Notes: generated by a model not told the origin, from the sequence alone. Shown: positions 23,249 through 37,789, counted from the first letter of the stretch. The stretch is DNA of 64,000 bases from Nageia nagi (GCA_050084985.1 JBITNC010000001.1:187612001-187676000); one strand, 5' to 3'. Translations and numbers: made by a program.

Positions 23249-24960
23249 ATGCCACCAAGGAGGAGACAAGTCAGCAAGATGAGGTCTATCCATGTTGAGG
23301 TAGGGTTTAAAACCCTCTTTTTTAATTTTTTATTCAAATACGTATTTTTTTAGCTTAATTGTAAAAATAAAATCCATAGGAATGTTTTATTTTGTATTTA
23401 ATTAGTATTTAACCATTTATTTTCTTAAAATAGATTAGTTTTTAGTGTTCTTTTGAATTTTTTATTTTGAAAAACTCACAATCGTCAATCAAGGCCAAAG
23501 GATCATGCTTTTGTATAAGCCATAGGGTTTGGTGTGGGATCCTTCATGGTTTGTATTCATTGGGATTATCTCCTTGTTGCAATCTTACTTGAGAGGTGGG
23601 ATTCCATGACCTCTACATTCCATCTCCTAACAAGGGAGATGATGATTACAATAGAGGACATCTATCACCTCTACTACTTACCTATTCATGGCCAACGCAT
23701 ATGACACATTGTTGATCGAGATGATTCTAGAGAGACCATCTTACCTGTATGGGGTCGACATGGTAGTAGGGATTATGTATAAGATCAACTCAGGTGATAT
23801 TATATATTACCAATTGTGGAGAGAGGACCAGGATGGGCACATCAAGTTCTCCTACTTGATAGGTTTGATTCAGTGTTATGCATTGCCTAACACAGGGAGT
23901 GGTCGATTTCTATGGTCTTTAGTTTAGATTATGGTGGATATGTTGCAATGTGGTACTATTTTTGATTGGGCACCCACTTTATTGGCCCAGTGCTACAAGG
24001 AGTTATTTTTCTATACTTAGGGGAAGAGGATCTCATTGATAGTTAACATCACACTACAGGCATGGGTGTATTAGCATATAGCCATTGTGCACCCTAATGG
24101 GATTTCAAATCCTACATTTTCTAACACATCTCCATATGTTGCAAGGATTTAACGATGGTAAGAGGATTACTTAATACATACTATATATGGAATCAAATGA
24201 GATATTAGTTATTATCATGGAGTGTTGAGCCATCTTGTACTTGACCATGTTAGGTTTCATCCCTATCAAAAGTACTCAATGTGGGAGGAGACAGAAGAGG
24301 AGCTTGTGGGTATCTAATAGGGTCGAGTTCTTAATGGTTATTAGATTGATTTTTTAGAGTATTTTCATTTTAAACATGTTATACACTAGTTTGGTTTAGT
24401 TCAAGATCTCCCTCTAGAGCTAGTGAGATTTCAGAGAGAGGACACCATTCCTGTTGATGGATTAGAGCCTCTTGTTTATGTTGAGCCTGATCCTATTGGT
24501 GATGAGGACCCAAGAGAGGATATTGATGAGGATGATGTTGGAGTTATAGAGGTTTATACTACTTGGTGGGCCTCAAATATGGAGAAGGTAGATGAGGGTG
24601 ATGAGGATCAATGAGTATGATATAGGGTGGATGATATGCCCAAGGAGCTAGTGGGAGAATAGGGCCATGATGTGGATATGCCTTAGCTAGGACAGATTCC
24701 TAATATAAAAATGCATGTAGAGGAGGAGATGCCTCAGGGTGAGGCTCCCCATGATAAGGAGGTGATATAAGCTCCATAGTTTTAGAGCATTAATTCTTTA
24801 CTTGGTGAGATCGATGAGCTCAAGTTTTTACTTAAGCAATCTCAATCGATGCTTTCTCAATCTCAATAGGATAGCCAAACATTTAGAGAGTAGCTTCAAC
24901 AAATTCATCACTAAGAGGAGGATCACCTCTATTATAAAGTGATATAGATATCAATCTAAG
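23249..24960 (+). pseudogene. Plant mobile domain (aminotransferase-like, MAIN-like) ORF relic, retrotransposon-borne
   Basis: LLVAILLERWDSMTSTFHLLTREMMITIEDIYHLYYLPIHG, FDWAPTLLAQCYKEL and LQAWVY*HI, then an acidic tail. Short leader MPPRRRQVSKMRSIHVE|GTAGGG. Many stops. Confidence 0.85.
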
Positions 24961-27900
24961 GGAGATGCATCCCGAGCCACCATTTAGTCTTTACATTAGC
25001 ATATGGGTTCTTAGGGTATGACAAGGGGATCATAGTAGTACTCCATGATTTTTGTTAAAGATATATATAGAAATAGAGATTATTATAGTGTAATCATTGA
25101 TACATGGCTCTTAGATGTTCTTGAATATCATCTAGGCTTGGAATATATCGTACCTCCTCCAGGTTATATTCCCTTGGTTATTCATAATCTACCTTGACCT
25201 AATGGGTAGTTGTTATTATTGCAGAATTACAATCTAAGGGGTAATATTCTTTCTTTCATTCATTCTTCTCTTCTAATAAAATTTCTTCTATATTTACCAT
25301 TTATTACTTCCATTTCTTTATTAGTTGTAAATACTTATACAAAATTTAGTCTTAAGTTTACATTGTATATACTTAGTCTTTTTCCCAAGAGTCTAGTCTT
25401 ATATGTACCATTAGTTAGGGTTTGGTATTGCTTAAGGTATTTTTGGGTTATGTTCATATTGTTAAGTCTTAGTCAATGGAAAGTCATTCAAAATCATCAT
25501 TTTATTATAAGCCGAGAGTTGTTTGTACAAAGTCATATGAGTCATGTTTGGGTGAAGCTTATAAGTCATTTTTGGTAAGTAGTGTATAGAGTCTATGTAT
25601 TTATCTAAGTCAAGTTTGGGCCCTGTTGCAAGTCAAATTACTTATGTTTTGATCTAGCATAGTTCGGGCATTATTTTTGAGTCTTGTATATAAGTGTTAA
25701 TTTATGGTTAAGTAATGTAGTGGGCGTTATCATAAGAGTCAAGTAAAGTAGGGCCCATGAAAATCTAATGGTGATGTCGTACTTTTTGGTGGAAATCAGC
25801 AGGATCCAAATGGCTTAGTCAGCAGGTAGTCCTGATGGTTCTTCATGGTGGGAGATGTTTATAACTCCATTTTCAATAAACCTTGCTAGTTTTCAGCAAT
25901 GATATCACATCATTGAGGAGAAATCGATAAGAGATGTTTATAACTCCATATTCAATAAACCCTACTAATTTTGAGTGATAATATCACATTTTTTAGAAGA
26001 AAATAATGAGAGATGTTCACAAATCTAAATTCGATAAACCCTACCAATTTTGAGTGATGATATCACACTTTTTTAGAGAAATCGATAGGTGATAAGCATC
26101 TTAGGTTTCAACAATACCTCTTGATGTGTAACAAGACCTATTAGGGATAAATAAAGATTATAAGAGGAGGTGAACACCCAAATTTGCTTAATCAAGAGTA
26201 TATAACCCTTAGGACTCTATCAACATATTGATTACGACTCATTTCCATGTGGCAATAATAGTTCACTCTCAAGTTTGAATGGTTACATCTTCCTTCACTC
26301 TTACAGTATTCGACACTGGGACTACAAATATAAATATTTAATGGTTGCAAAGAGTTAGGTGGTCGCCAAATGCAGAGATAGGTTGATTATACTTATAGAG
26401 ATGGCAAACCATATCTCATAAATGCAACAACAATCCCAAATGGACCATGGTCAAAGACAAAACTGATGGAATGTGGTTGGATAGGTATAGGATTGAAGAA
26501 CTATAGATTCTAAGAATCGATGCTACATATGGACCATGCTTCTTAATTAGTTGTAGTCAAAGAATCTTTTGTAAATACTATAAATATTTAAGTTTATTCA
26601 ATATTTAAGGTTATTTTAGTTATTAATGATGAACAACCACCCATTTTGTGAAGGCAATATTATAAATAGTGTACTCTTTGAGGTCCAAACGGTTGAATAT
26701 TTTAGCAAAGTTGCCTAATGTAAGTACTATTTTCATATATGATAATGCAACATTATGGTATTTTGCCCTTTACATTCAATGGCTATTATCTAGTTTTGTT
26801 ATTATTGTGTGTGAAGCTATGTTTGAAGTCGTGGCTATGTATTGCAAATGTGAGACCCCAAGAGTGATGTAGTTGATCTATTCTTAGTCTTGGCTATGGA
26901 TTACTAACTATGTAGTGATGCGTAGGTTGATTAGTTTAGTTTGCTTTTAGTAGTTTAGGTTTTATCTCTTTCTTATTACTCTTGACCTTTTTTTATCTCT
27001 TTCCTATTACTCTTGACCTCTTTTATCTCTTTCATGTTACTTTTGACCTTTTTCATAAATAAGAACTTACCTATAACCCAAAGATTGAGCAAAAGACCCC
27101 ATAAGCATACTATCCCATCACCTTCTGCTCATTCAAGAACCCTATTATTATCACCAAACCCTTAGCATTACATTATCCTAATGAACAATAGATAAGTTCA
27201 TTTTTGGCATGCTCAATAGGACATGAATAAAATCCAATAGCTAAGTTTATTTTTGGTACAGGCCACATAGTTGTGTCTAGTAGGATATCACCCTTGTGCT
27301 TCAAAGATTATAAGGTTTCTTAGACCTTATTGGCAACTCTATTATCATACCAATCATTTTGTCAAACCTTGACACCTTTAGTTTGCAAATTCACTAGAAG
27401 TAGTGCCAAAATTTTTTCCCAATAGTCTAGATTTCAAGAGCTATCACTTCCTCAAAAGAAGACTAGGTGAAAGATATTGTTGGATCCTGGGAACTACCTA
27501 TACCAGTTAATAGGATTCATCTCGAGCATTATTGGGTAATAGGATGATTTCATAACACCTGTTAGTAAAAAAAAGGGGACTCCAACCCAATGGATAAGGC
27601 ACCTAATCATGAGGGTTCTCTTCTTCAGCAGTCTGAAGAACCGAAAGAGCTACCAGAAGATTGTTATTCTTACAGAATTATAATTTGAGGGGTAATATTC
27701 TTTCATTCATTCATTATTCTCTCCTAATAAAGTTTCTTCTATTTTTCCCATTTCTTACTTCCCTTTCTTTCTCAATTGTAAATACTTGTACAAAATTCAA
27801 TCCTAAGTTTGCATTGTATATACTTAGTCTTTTTCCTAAGAGTCTAGTGTTATATGTGCCATTAGTCATGGTTTGGTATTGTTTAAGGTATTTTTGGGTT

Positions 27901-28394
27901 ATGTTCATATTGTCAAGTCTTAGTTAGTGGAAAGTCATTCAAAATCACCATTTTGTTATAAGGTGGGAGTTGTTTGTACAAAGTCATATGAGTCATGTTC
28001 AAGTGAAGTTTATAAGTCATTTTCAGGAAGTATTGTATAGGGTTTGTGTATTTTTCTAAGTCAAAATTGGGCCCTATTGTGAGTCAAATTACTTATGTTT
28101 TAGTCTACATAGTCTAGGTGTTATTTTTGGGCCTTATGTATAAGTGTTAATTTATGGTTAAGTAATGTAGTGGGCGTTATTGTAAGAGTCAAGTAAAGTA
28201 GGGCCCATGAAAATCTAATGGTGATGTCATACTTTTTGGCAAAAATCAGTGGGCTCTAGATGGCTTAGTTAGCGGGTAGTCTTGATGGTTCTTCATAATG
28301 GGAGATGTTTATAACTCCATATTCAACAAACTCCATTAGTTTTGAGCAATAACATCACATTTTTGAGGAGAACTCAATGAGAGATGTTTACATT

Positions 28395-31300
28395 AAGTAA
28401 GGAAAGATTCCAAATTTATGCCAATCCAAGTTCTTTAAGAAAAGGCTAAAATGCATGGCTAGAAGGTATGTCCTTATTGGTGATATTCTTTACAAAAGGT
28501 CATTTGATGGTACTTTACTTAGATGTCTTAATGAAACTTAAGCAAATAAGGTTATGGAACAAGTACATGGTAGCATAAATGGAAGTCATTTTAATGGTAA
28601 AGCCATTTATCATAAGCTCATAAGACTAGGATATTATTGGCCATCCATGGAAAAGGATTGCATTTTACATGTTCAAAAATGTGAAAAATGCCAAAAGCAT
28701 GCTAACTTGAAATAAATTCCTTTAAGTGAATTAGCAACAATGATATCATCTTGGCCTTTTACTATTTGGGCTTTAGATTTTATTAGTGCTATCAATCCCA
28801 AATCCACTGAGGGACACAAATTCATCCTAGTTGCTATAGAATACTTGACAAAGTGGGTTGAAATTGTACCTTTGATATCTTCTAAAGGTCGTCAAATTGT
28901 AAAATTCATGACTAAAAATAAAATTACCAGATTTGGTGTTCCATCACATCTCATCATGGATAATGGAAAGAACTTCATAAGTAAGAAAGTTAAGGAGTTT
29001 TGTAAAGAATTCAAAATCAAGCAAATATTCTCATCAACCTACTATCCACAAGGCAATGGACAAGTTGAAGCAACTAATAAAATAATTGTTTACATTCTAT
29101 GTAAGATAGTCAAGAAAAATTACAAAGATTGGCATTCATAACTTATATATGCCTTATGTGCATATAGGAAAAGCATTAGATCAACTATAAGGTGCACTAA
29201 ATTTCACTAGTTTATGGAGATGAGGTAGTCTTACCATTAGAAGTGGAGATACCATCATTAAGGGTATCTCTAGAAGGCATCATTGATTGGGAAGAGTAGT
29301 AAAAAGCAAGACTAAGGCAACTGGAAGGATTGGATGAAAAGAGAATCCATGCCTTGGAATATCTCAAAGCTTATAAAAAAGAGAGCAAATAATGCATATG
29401 CCAAAAAGATTGTACCATATGAGTTTTAAGTGGGTTATCTAGTGCTTAAAGAGAATCATCACAAGTCATAGGTTGAGAAGCAAGAAAAGGTAAATTTGAG
29501 ACCAATTGGATTAGTCCATATGTAATCAAGGCAAAAGTATCCAAACAACACCTATAGGTTGGCAACAGTTGAGGGAAAGTTGATAAATTCTCAACCAACG
29601 TAAAACATCTCAAGCCCTTCTATACATGAGGAAAGCTCATCATAAATATTTAGAGTTCATGTTTTGTTCATTCATTAGTATAGAAGTTAGGTATCATAAT
29701 CCTAGTTCCATTCTCATTCTATTAAGCTAATGCCCATGCTAGCTTTCTATATCAAAATACTCAATTATTCCAATGCCCTTGCTAGTGTTCTTAGCATATT
29801 TAATGCTCCAGTAAAAATCATAGGGTTCAAAACTTCATAGTCAGGTCAGATAACCAATATAGCACCTTCAAAATTCCATCAATCAATTGTCATTCTCAAA
29901 TAAATGACAATAGTATAATCAATTATGTAGATAATATCATGGGCAATCCTATGCAAACTTAAGTCATCAAACATAGGTCAATCACATTAGCTTTGTGATA
30001 TCTCAAAGTCAGTAAAGTTGCAAGGTTTGATTCCATGTGAGGCTTAACACCCATGTTACCTTTTGTATTCATACATAAATTGGAACCCATGCTAGGATTT
30101 TTACATCCAATCAAATCGTTCATCAAAGGTAAGTGCAGGTATTGTTCTCTACTCTCTTACTTATACATTTACAATCATGATTTAATCATTTCAATATTTT
30201 GTTATCATGCTTAGAACACCATGTCCTTGTTGGGTGGAAATTAAATAACCATCATTATTTTTTATCATTAGGTTAGGACTAAACCAACCATTTCTCTTAG
30301 GTTAGCCTGAAGATTGAGACTAAACTAATATTTAATCTAATGGTTACATTATCATTGGTAGTACTATAATCATACATGATTGGGAAATATTCAAACCAAT
30401 CATCCTTTAATCACACCTAAGAATGGGGCATGTACCTCATGATGGTTAGCATATCATGTAGTATGGCTAGGAAATATTCAAACCATCCATGTCTCTTAGT
30501 CACCTTTGTTGGTTGGGTCTTAACTAACCTCCATCTTTGAGTCACCTTTATCGATTGGGTCTCAACTAACTATCACCATGTTGTTATTGATTGATTCATA
30601 TGTTGCATCTAAGAATGGGGCATGTACCTCATGATGATGTTAACATATATAGTTTTGATTGCATGTGTTCCATCTAGGAATGGAGCATGTACCTTATGAT
30701 GATGTGGAAACACCTTTATCATTGATTTCTTATGAATGCATCTAAGAATGAGACATTGAGTATTTATATATTAGTTTTATCAAGAAAATGTATGCATATT
30801 ATATTAATCTCATCCTTTGCTACATCATTTGATGAAATGTTATGATGTTCTCTCCTATTGTTCACTGCTATATCTTTTATGAGTTAACAATCATATATGT
30901 ACTTGGAAGTTCTTGTCTCTCATTTTTAAGTTCATTCTTTGCTCTTGGTTGATTCTACTACATGCAAGCTGTTACCTCTCATAACCAAGGCAAAGAGGGG
31001 GCAATATACATCATCAAATCCTTTATGATCTAGATAGCTAAACCAAGGAAGTATCATTTTTCTCTTATCTTTACTTTTATTTCCTTTGCAAGTATAATTT
31101 CATTTCAAGATTGAATTTAATTATAATTACAAAGGGAGGCATCTATTGACTACTAAAAGTGGTCTCTTTAACATGGTCCCACTATGTTATAACTTACATA
31201 CATTTCTTAATCATATTTTACCTTATTATCACATATTTCTCAAGTTGTGTTCTTATGTTTTATGTTAGGTACATTGGGTCAGATACTACCTTTACACAAT

Positions 31301-31934
31301 GGGTCAAATGGTGAATCACACTTGATATAAATATAAGTATCTCTAACCTAGGGAAAGCATGTCAAGATTACATCTAAATAGATGGTACCCTACACTTGGA
31401 TGTTTGTAAATGCCACCTGTTGAGATTGGAATCTTGTTATCACTCGAGAGAATATATGTTACCCACTTTCACGATCATATGCTCAGTTCGAATTGTCATC
31501 ATCTCTATTGTCATCGATTCTTATTGGCAAACCTCATTCTTCAGGATCATTAGCACCCATGCTAAGATCCGCATCCATACTAAGCTCTCTAAGACTAGTG
31601 CCTGTGTTGGTGTTTCTTTTGTATTTAGCCTTGGGGTTTGCATAGTAAGGTCACTACTCTTTGACACATTTATCTATCATATCCTTGACCATAAAATAGG
31701 TAAAAACACACAAGTATTTATCTTTCATTTGATTCCTTTCTTTTTAGTGCATGTAGTTGCATTTTACATCTTGACATCATTGTAATTTTTTTATATTATT
31801 ACTACACTATTGAATTCCCTAATTCATGTATGTTTATCTAAGTTAAATAGCTTAGGTTTATCATACAATTAAATGCATATATATTTTTAGTTCATTTAGA
31901 GGTAATCCTAGGTGTAAAAAAACACATATCAACA
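28395..31934 (+). mobile_element. 5'-truncated Tat/Ogre Gypsy: integrase (28395-29628), 3' UTR, PPT, 3' LTR (31005-31934)
   Basis: GYYWPSMEKDC..CEKCQKH, WPFTIWALDF..YLTKWVE, DNGKNF, YYPQGNGQVEATNK, GKFE..W..PY. PPT AAAGAGGGGGCAA, then TATACA (decayed TGTACA) ... TCAACA. Confidence 0.88.
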
Positions 31935-32766
31935 TTGGCATTAGGCTTGTGGCTTGAGGGGAGGCAAAGTGGGATTATCAATACATTTTCATATGTTAGT
32001 TTGATTTGACTTGGGTTATTATTAGGCCTATGGCTTAGGAAAAGGCAAAGTAGGATTATCGATCTATTAGATCGATATGGTTTTATTAGAGTGGGGTTAT
32101 CATTGGGACTATGGATTTTGGAAAGGCAAACTAGGGATCAAGTTGATTCGATTTGAGTCATGTTATTGTTGGGCCTATGGATCGAGGAAAAGGTAAAGTG
32201 GGGTTGTCGATCGATTCACCCAAGACGGTTCAATTTGGCCAACTACTCATGGTAACCCCACTTCACCCTACTAGAGTGGGATTCACATTGGTCCTAACTT
32301 GGGGATAAAGTAAAAGTGTAGTTGCTAATCAATCATCTCTGGTTGGTTCAATTTAAGTTGAGTTATTAGTCCATAAACTCAAGATAGTTAGATGTGAGTC
32401 AGGTTGTTGTTGGGCCTACGATTCAAGGAAAGGCAAAGTGGGGTTTTTAGTCCATTAATTACCTTAGGAATGTTTGGTTTGAGTTAGGTTGGTATTAGGC
32501 TTATGGTTCAAGGGAAGGCAAAGTGGGATTATAGGTACATCTACTCAAGATGGTTCAATTTGAGTTGTGTTATTATTAGGCCTCTAGTGAAGTGGGGTTA
32601 TTGATCCATTAGCTTGGGCCAATTTGGTTTAAGTTAGCTTATGGCTCGAGGAAATATAATGTGGAGTTTTTATTCTATTAGTTGGATTTGATTTAGGATG
32701 GCATTGGGGCTATGACTCTTGGAAAGATAAGTGGGGTTTTCAATTCATTGGCTTAGGTCAATTCAA
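31935..32766 (+). repeat. Degenerate ~80-bp tandem array
   Basis: Recurring TTAGGCCTATGG.T..AGG.AAGGCAAAGTGGG.TT.TC...TTTGAGTT at ~31941, 32022, 32102, 32168, 32410, 32496 and further on. Confidence 0.75.
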
Positions 32767-35700
32767 TAACTCCATATTCAACAAACTCCTCCATTTTTGA
32801 GTGATGATGTCACATTTTTTGGAAGAAAATAATGAGATATGTTTATAAATCTAAATTCAACAAACCCCACCAGTTTTGAGCAATGATGTCATACTTTTTT
32901 AGAGAAATTGGTAGTTGATAAGCATCCCAAGTTTCAACAATACCCATCAATGTGTAATAAGACCTGCTAGGGACAAATAAAGACTATAAAAGGAGGTGAA
33001 CACTCAGATCCACTCAATAAAGAGTATATAACCCCCGAGACTCTATCAGCATATTAACTATGACTCATATCCACATGGCAATAATAGTTGACTCTCAAGT
33101 TTGAATGATTACATCTTCCTTCACTCTTATAGTATTTGGCACTGGGACTATATACATAAATATTTAATACTTGCAGAGAGTTAGGTGGCAACCAATTATG
33201 GAGATAGGGTGATTGTACTTATAGAGATGATGAAATTTATCTCATAAATGAGCAACAGTCCAAGATGGACCATGGTCAAAGATCAAATTGATGGAATGTG
33301 GCTGGATAGGTATGAGATTAAAGATCTATAGATTCCAAGAATCGACATTACATATGGACCATGCTTCTTAATTAGTTGCAGTTAAAGAAATATTTTGTAA
33401 ATACTATAAACATTTAAGTATATTCAATCTTTAGGGTTGTTGTAATCATTAATGATGGACAACCACCCATTTTCTAAAGGCAACATTATAAATAGTGTAC
33501 TCTTTGAGGTCCAAACGGTCGAACATTTTAGCAAATTTACCCAGTGTAAGTACTATTTTTATATATGCTAATGTGATACTGTAGTGTTTTTCCCTTTGCA
33601 TTCTATGGTTTTTATTTGGTTTTGTTATTGTTGTGTGTGAAGCTATGTATGAAGCTGTGGTTATGTATTGCAAATACGAGACCCCAAGAGTGACGTAGTT
33701 GATATATTCTTAGTCTTAACTAGGGATTACTACCTATGCAGTGATGCCTAGGTTGATTAGTTTAGTTTGATTTCAATAGTTTAGGTTTTTATTTCTTTCC
33801 TATTACTCTTGCCCTTTTTTTATCTCTTTCCTATTACTCTTGACATTTTTTATCTCTTTCCTATTACTTTCCATCTTTTTCATAGATAGGAACCAACTTA
33901 TAACATAGATATTTAGCAGAAGACCCCATGAGCACACTATCCCACCACCTTTTGCTCATTCAATAACCCTACTATTATCACCAAACCCTTAGCATTACAT
34001 TATCCTTATCAATAGTAGTGAAACATAAGGTGGTACTAGTGCATAGAGGACTAGAGGAAGGATTCAAATGACTCCTAGTAGAAGTGCTACAACTTTATCT
34101 TCTCATCGTCAACCTTCTTCCATAAAGCTTCAAGTTGTTGGATAAGAAAGGAGTTTGGATAGCCCATTAGCACATAAAGGGCTTGATGCTGGTTAAAATA
34201 GTGACCATGCTAGGGAGACTACTGGTCAGTAAGGTGATCCTGATGTTGGAGGCTTTTAGATGTTATGATGTTATTTTAGACTTTGATGATGACATGTTTA
34301 TGGACTTGTATTTATTGATGATAATATATATATATTTTTGCATAATTATGATGTACTAATTTCATATGATGGATGGATTATACGATGATGACTATTTTTT
34401 GATATATATAAGATTGATTTACTTTTTATGTTATGATGATAATTTGATGAGTTTTATTTTTACCTACCTTATATGATCTCATGATGTATTTCTTAATTGA
34501 TAATGAATTTAGGATTTCATGTACATGAATGATTAGAAATATATATTTTTTTTTTAATAATGCTCCTATATAGATGAGATGATGATACTATTTGGTTCTA
34601 CCCTTGTAAGTTAGAGTAATAGTATTTACTTGCTATTTTTTATGAATGGATTATTTTGTATCATGTGATGATGATGTGGGATGATATGGTGTTAAAATGT
34701 TTTAATTCTAGAACCAATAATTTTAAATTTTTCTTAAGGTAGTATAATCTTATCATTACATACTCATAATGATTTAAGTAAAAGTGGAACAAGATTTTAA
34801 TTAAAAGAATACGAAATTAGATATCATCATTTTTCATTCTTGGCTTATTTATACACATGAATTCAACATAGGTAGAATGATAACACATGTATGAAATAGT
34901 ATAAATGAATGAAATTATGAATATATTCACATGAAAAATGGATATGTTGATAGTATGACCTTTGAATGTCAAAAGATAACATCCTGATCAAATTACAAAG
35001 ATTATAATAAATATATATTTTTTTATGAATAAAAATGGATTTATAATATGCTCAAGTAACATCTTGTTTTTGATTATTTCAAGATCTTTTAAATATGAAA
35101 AGTGTATGAGTTCATAGTATCTTGAAATGTATCAAATTTATGTTTTATATATATATATATATACTATGAGAGATGGGATGAAAATATCATCATGTATGAA
35201 TGGAATGATTGATGGAGCAATGGGTTGAGTGATGGGTAACGGAAAGGAAAAATATGGAAGCCTAATAAAAAATATTTTGAGATATTATATGAGCGATGGT
35301 GAGTGTATTAAATGACTCATGGGAGTGTAATGATGGGGGTCCAAGAAATGTAATAAGTCGACATTGACATAAGAATGTGTTGACATGTGCATTAATTGAA
35401 ATCCTCCATATGAAGTATGGTCTAGAGAGTAACAAATAAGATTTTGGAGAAATTCTTCATCAGGTATGTCATAAATGATATAAGTTCCCTAACATGGTTC
35501 ATGATTGATTATGATACTCACACAGAAAGAACCATTTAAGTCACTATATGTTCAATTATACCTATAAAGAGAACTTAAGAATGTTACCATAGAAAGGATT
35601 TTGTATTGGATGCAATTAGGCAACTCATGAAAATGATTTATATCTACATTAAGTTATGGGATGTGTTTATCTACATGAGTAATTAAAAATGTACATGGTG

Positions 35701-37789
35701 AATGTATGATATGAAGGGAAGACAATTGCCAATTAGTGGGTGGAACGTGAAATGGATAAAATATAAGTTGATTGGTTGGTTCATAAATACAATGAGGGTG
35801 ATTCATCATGTATATATGTCAAGTGTGAATGCCTACTTGCAATGTTATGATGTAAAATTTAAAAACTACCAATAACTATTTGAAGGGAATATATGTATAG
35901 CTCTATTTGCATAAATATAGTGATAATGCATATGAAAGATTTCAAGCAATATATATACAACACATATGTACATAATAGTTTTTGCAAAATTTTTGATGTT
36001 TTCCATTTTTTATTTTGTTTTGTATTTTTTGCTTTATTTTTATTTTTAGCACTCATTTTTTTAGCATAATGAAAAATGATTAACAATTCTTAAATGACGT
36101 TGCCAAATGGATCTCTTGCGAATAAGCCAATGTACATGACTCAAAAATGAATAATAAGGAGGTCTCAATTGAAGGTGAATGGGACATAGTTTGAGGATGG
36201 ATGGTTGAAAATGAATGGGATATGAAACAAGTGGTGGAGGTATTGATGTAGGTGATGGTGCAAGTTTTGGATTAAACTTTCTAATAACTCTCTTAGGTTC
36301 CATGAATGAAGATGATGCTTCATTATGTACTTTATGGAGCTTTAGAAAAGATGGTATATATGTAAGATATAATGAGATGGGTGGTGGTGGTATTAATAGT
36401 AATGAAGAGAGCGGTAATGGAACACATGGGATAGGATTCTCAACTATTGAAATAACACCCATACTCTCTATATACATTGGATGACATTTCACATTATCTT
36501 TCTTAATTTGCTTCTTTTATTATTAGGTCACTAAGTGATTTGCTTGAATTGTGCTTTTACACTCGTATGGTTATTTACATAATAATTTTTTCTAAACAAT
36601 GAACTATAATCATATATGATTTCATTATTTATGAGGGATGGAATGATGTAGGACATCACTTGATAAAAAATAACCTTAGTTCAAGAGATTGAATGCCATA
36701 TAAATTTGAAATTAACATTCTCAAGATAATTTGATAATATTTTAGGTTTATTATACTACCAATGTAGATGAAACCAATATAGTGAAATGATTTTAGATTC
36801 TTGTTACATCCACATTTATTGTGCTTCTACTTCAATCATAACCTTTAAGTCATTCAGCTTTAGTTCCCATGCATTCAATATACGATTTTCCAAATATTTC
36901 ATGGCTATCACTTGTTGTATTTCTCTTGGTAAAGCAAGAAAATGAGTGATAAGCGTAGAAGGGCTTTTTAAAAATAATGTCACATAAACATCTCCTTCAT
37001 ATCTATCTATAAAATATTGACCAACGTAATCAAATGGAAATTGTGTTTATTTTGGGGCTTCTAGTCCTTTTCTTGTTAAATATCTTATTTGATTATTACA
37101 AAAAGGAGGGAGAAGAAAACTCAAATTCAAATGAGAAAATCATTGGATAAGCTTTTATTTAATTATTTTTGATTATCGAGGTTTAAACATAAATATGATA
37201 AAAAAATTATATATTAATTTTTGATGACACAAATCTCTTGCAAGATGATTTATCCAATTTATAGTTTTATCTAAATTTTATGGATTATGAGTTGCAATAT
37301 CTAGAACCTAATTATTAAAAGAGCAATATTGTAAGATTGTAAGTGTTGTTGTAGTCCAATATAAGCATAACAAATTTATCTTATGCATTTGTTATTGATA
37401 ATGCCAAAAGCCTAGAAAGGACATAGCTTTATCTATATGTATGTCAAGATTTTATCCTTTAACATACATTTTCCATCCATCATATTTACTTGGACAATGC
37501 TTGAAAGCTAAATCCCTTTGTATATTTGTGTGTAATCAAATAAAGTTTCAAGACCCTTGAAAAGTGAATTGTATCAACTTGGATATAGCTTTATCTCCTA
37601 AATACCTAGGCTTTTTAAACCATGGTATTTGTCGTATTCCTTTTCTTTTTTATGATAAGTGAACACTCTTGCTCCTATTTGTTTCCATCTTCCCAATTCA
37701 TTTATTGTTATGAATTCATTATGTAGCATTTTTTGTATATTAACTATATTTACAATATGTATAAAAAGACATAAAAAAGCTTTAACTAT

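Larger units (their letters stand above)
25211..34011. mobile_element. Non-autonomous LTR element: LTR-A 25211-27290, 371-bp internal part, LTR-B 27662-28390 + 32767-34011
   Basis: TGTTA..TATCA termini, long colinear direct repeats with ~79-bp subrepeats, TSD GTAGT/ATAGT. PPT-like GAAGCACAAGGG|TG on the minus strand suggests minus orientation. Confidence 0.8.

Noticed and set aside
25210-27927. Paired hydrophobic ORFs (122 aa, 88 aa) as membrane proteins
   Set aside because: They start at the termini of the two LTR copies with non-ATG codons; the T-rich composition explains the hydrophobicity.
28391-32766. Helitron insertion (A^T target, no TSD)
   Set aside because: No 5'-TC or 3'-CTRR ends and no evident subterminal hairpin in either orientation.
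36061-36492. Pro-rich 143-aa ORF and Gly-rich antisense ORF
   Set aside because: Low-complexity GGT repeats inside decayed retroelement DNA, with no identifiable domain or splice structure.
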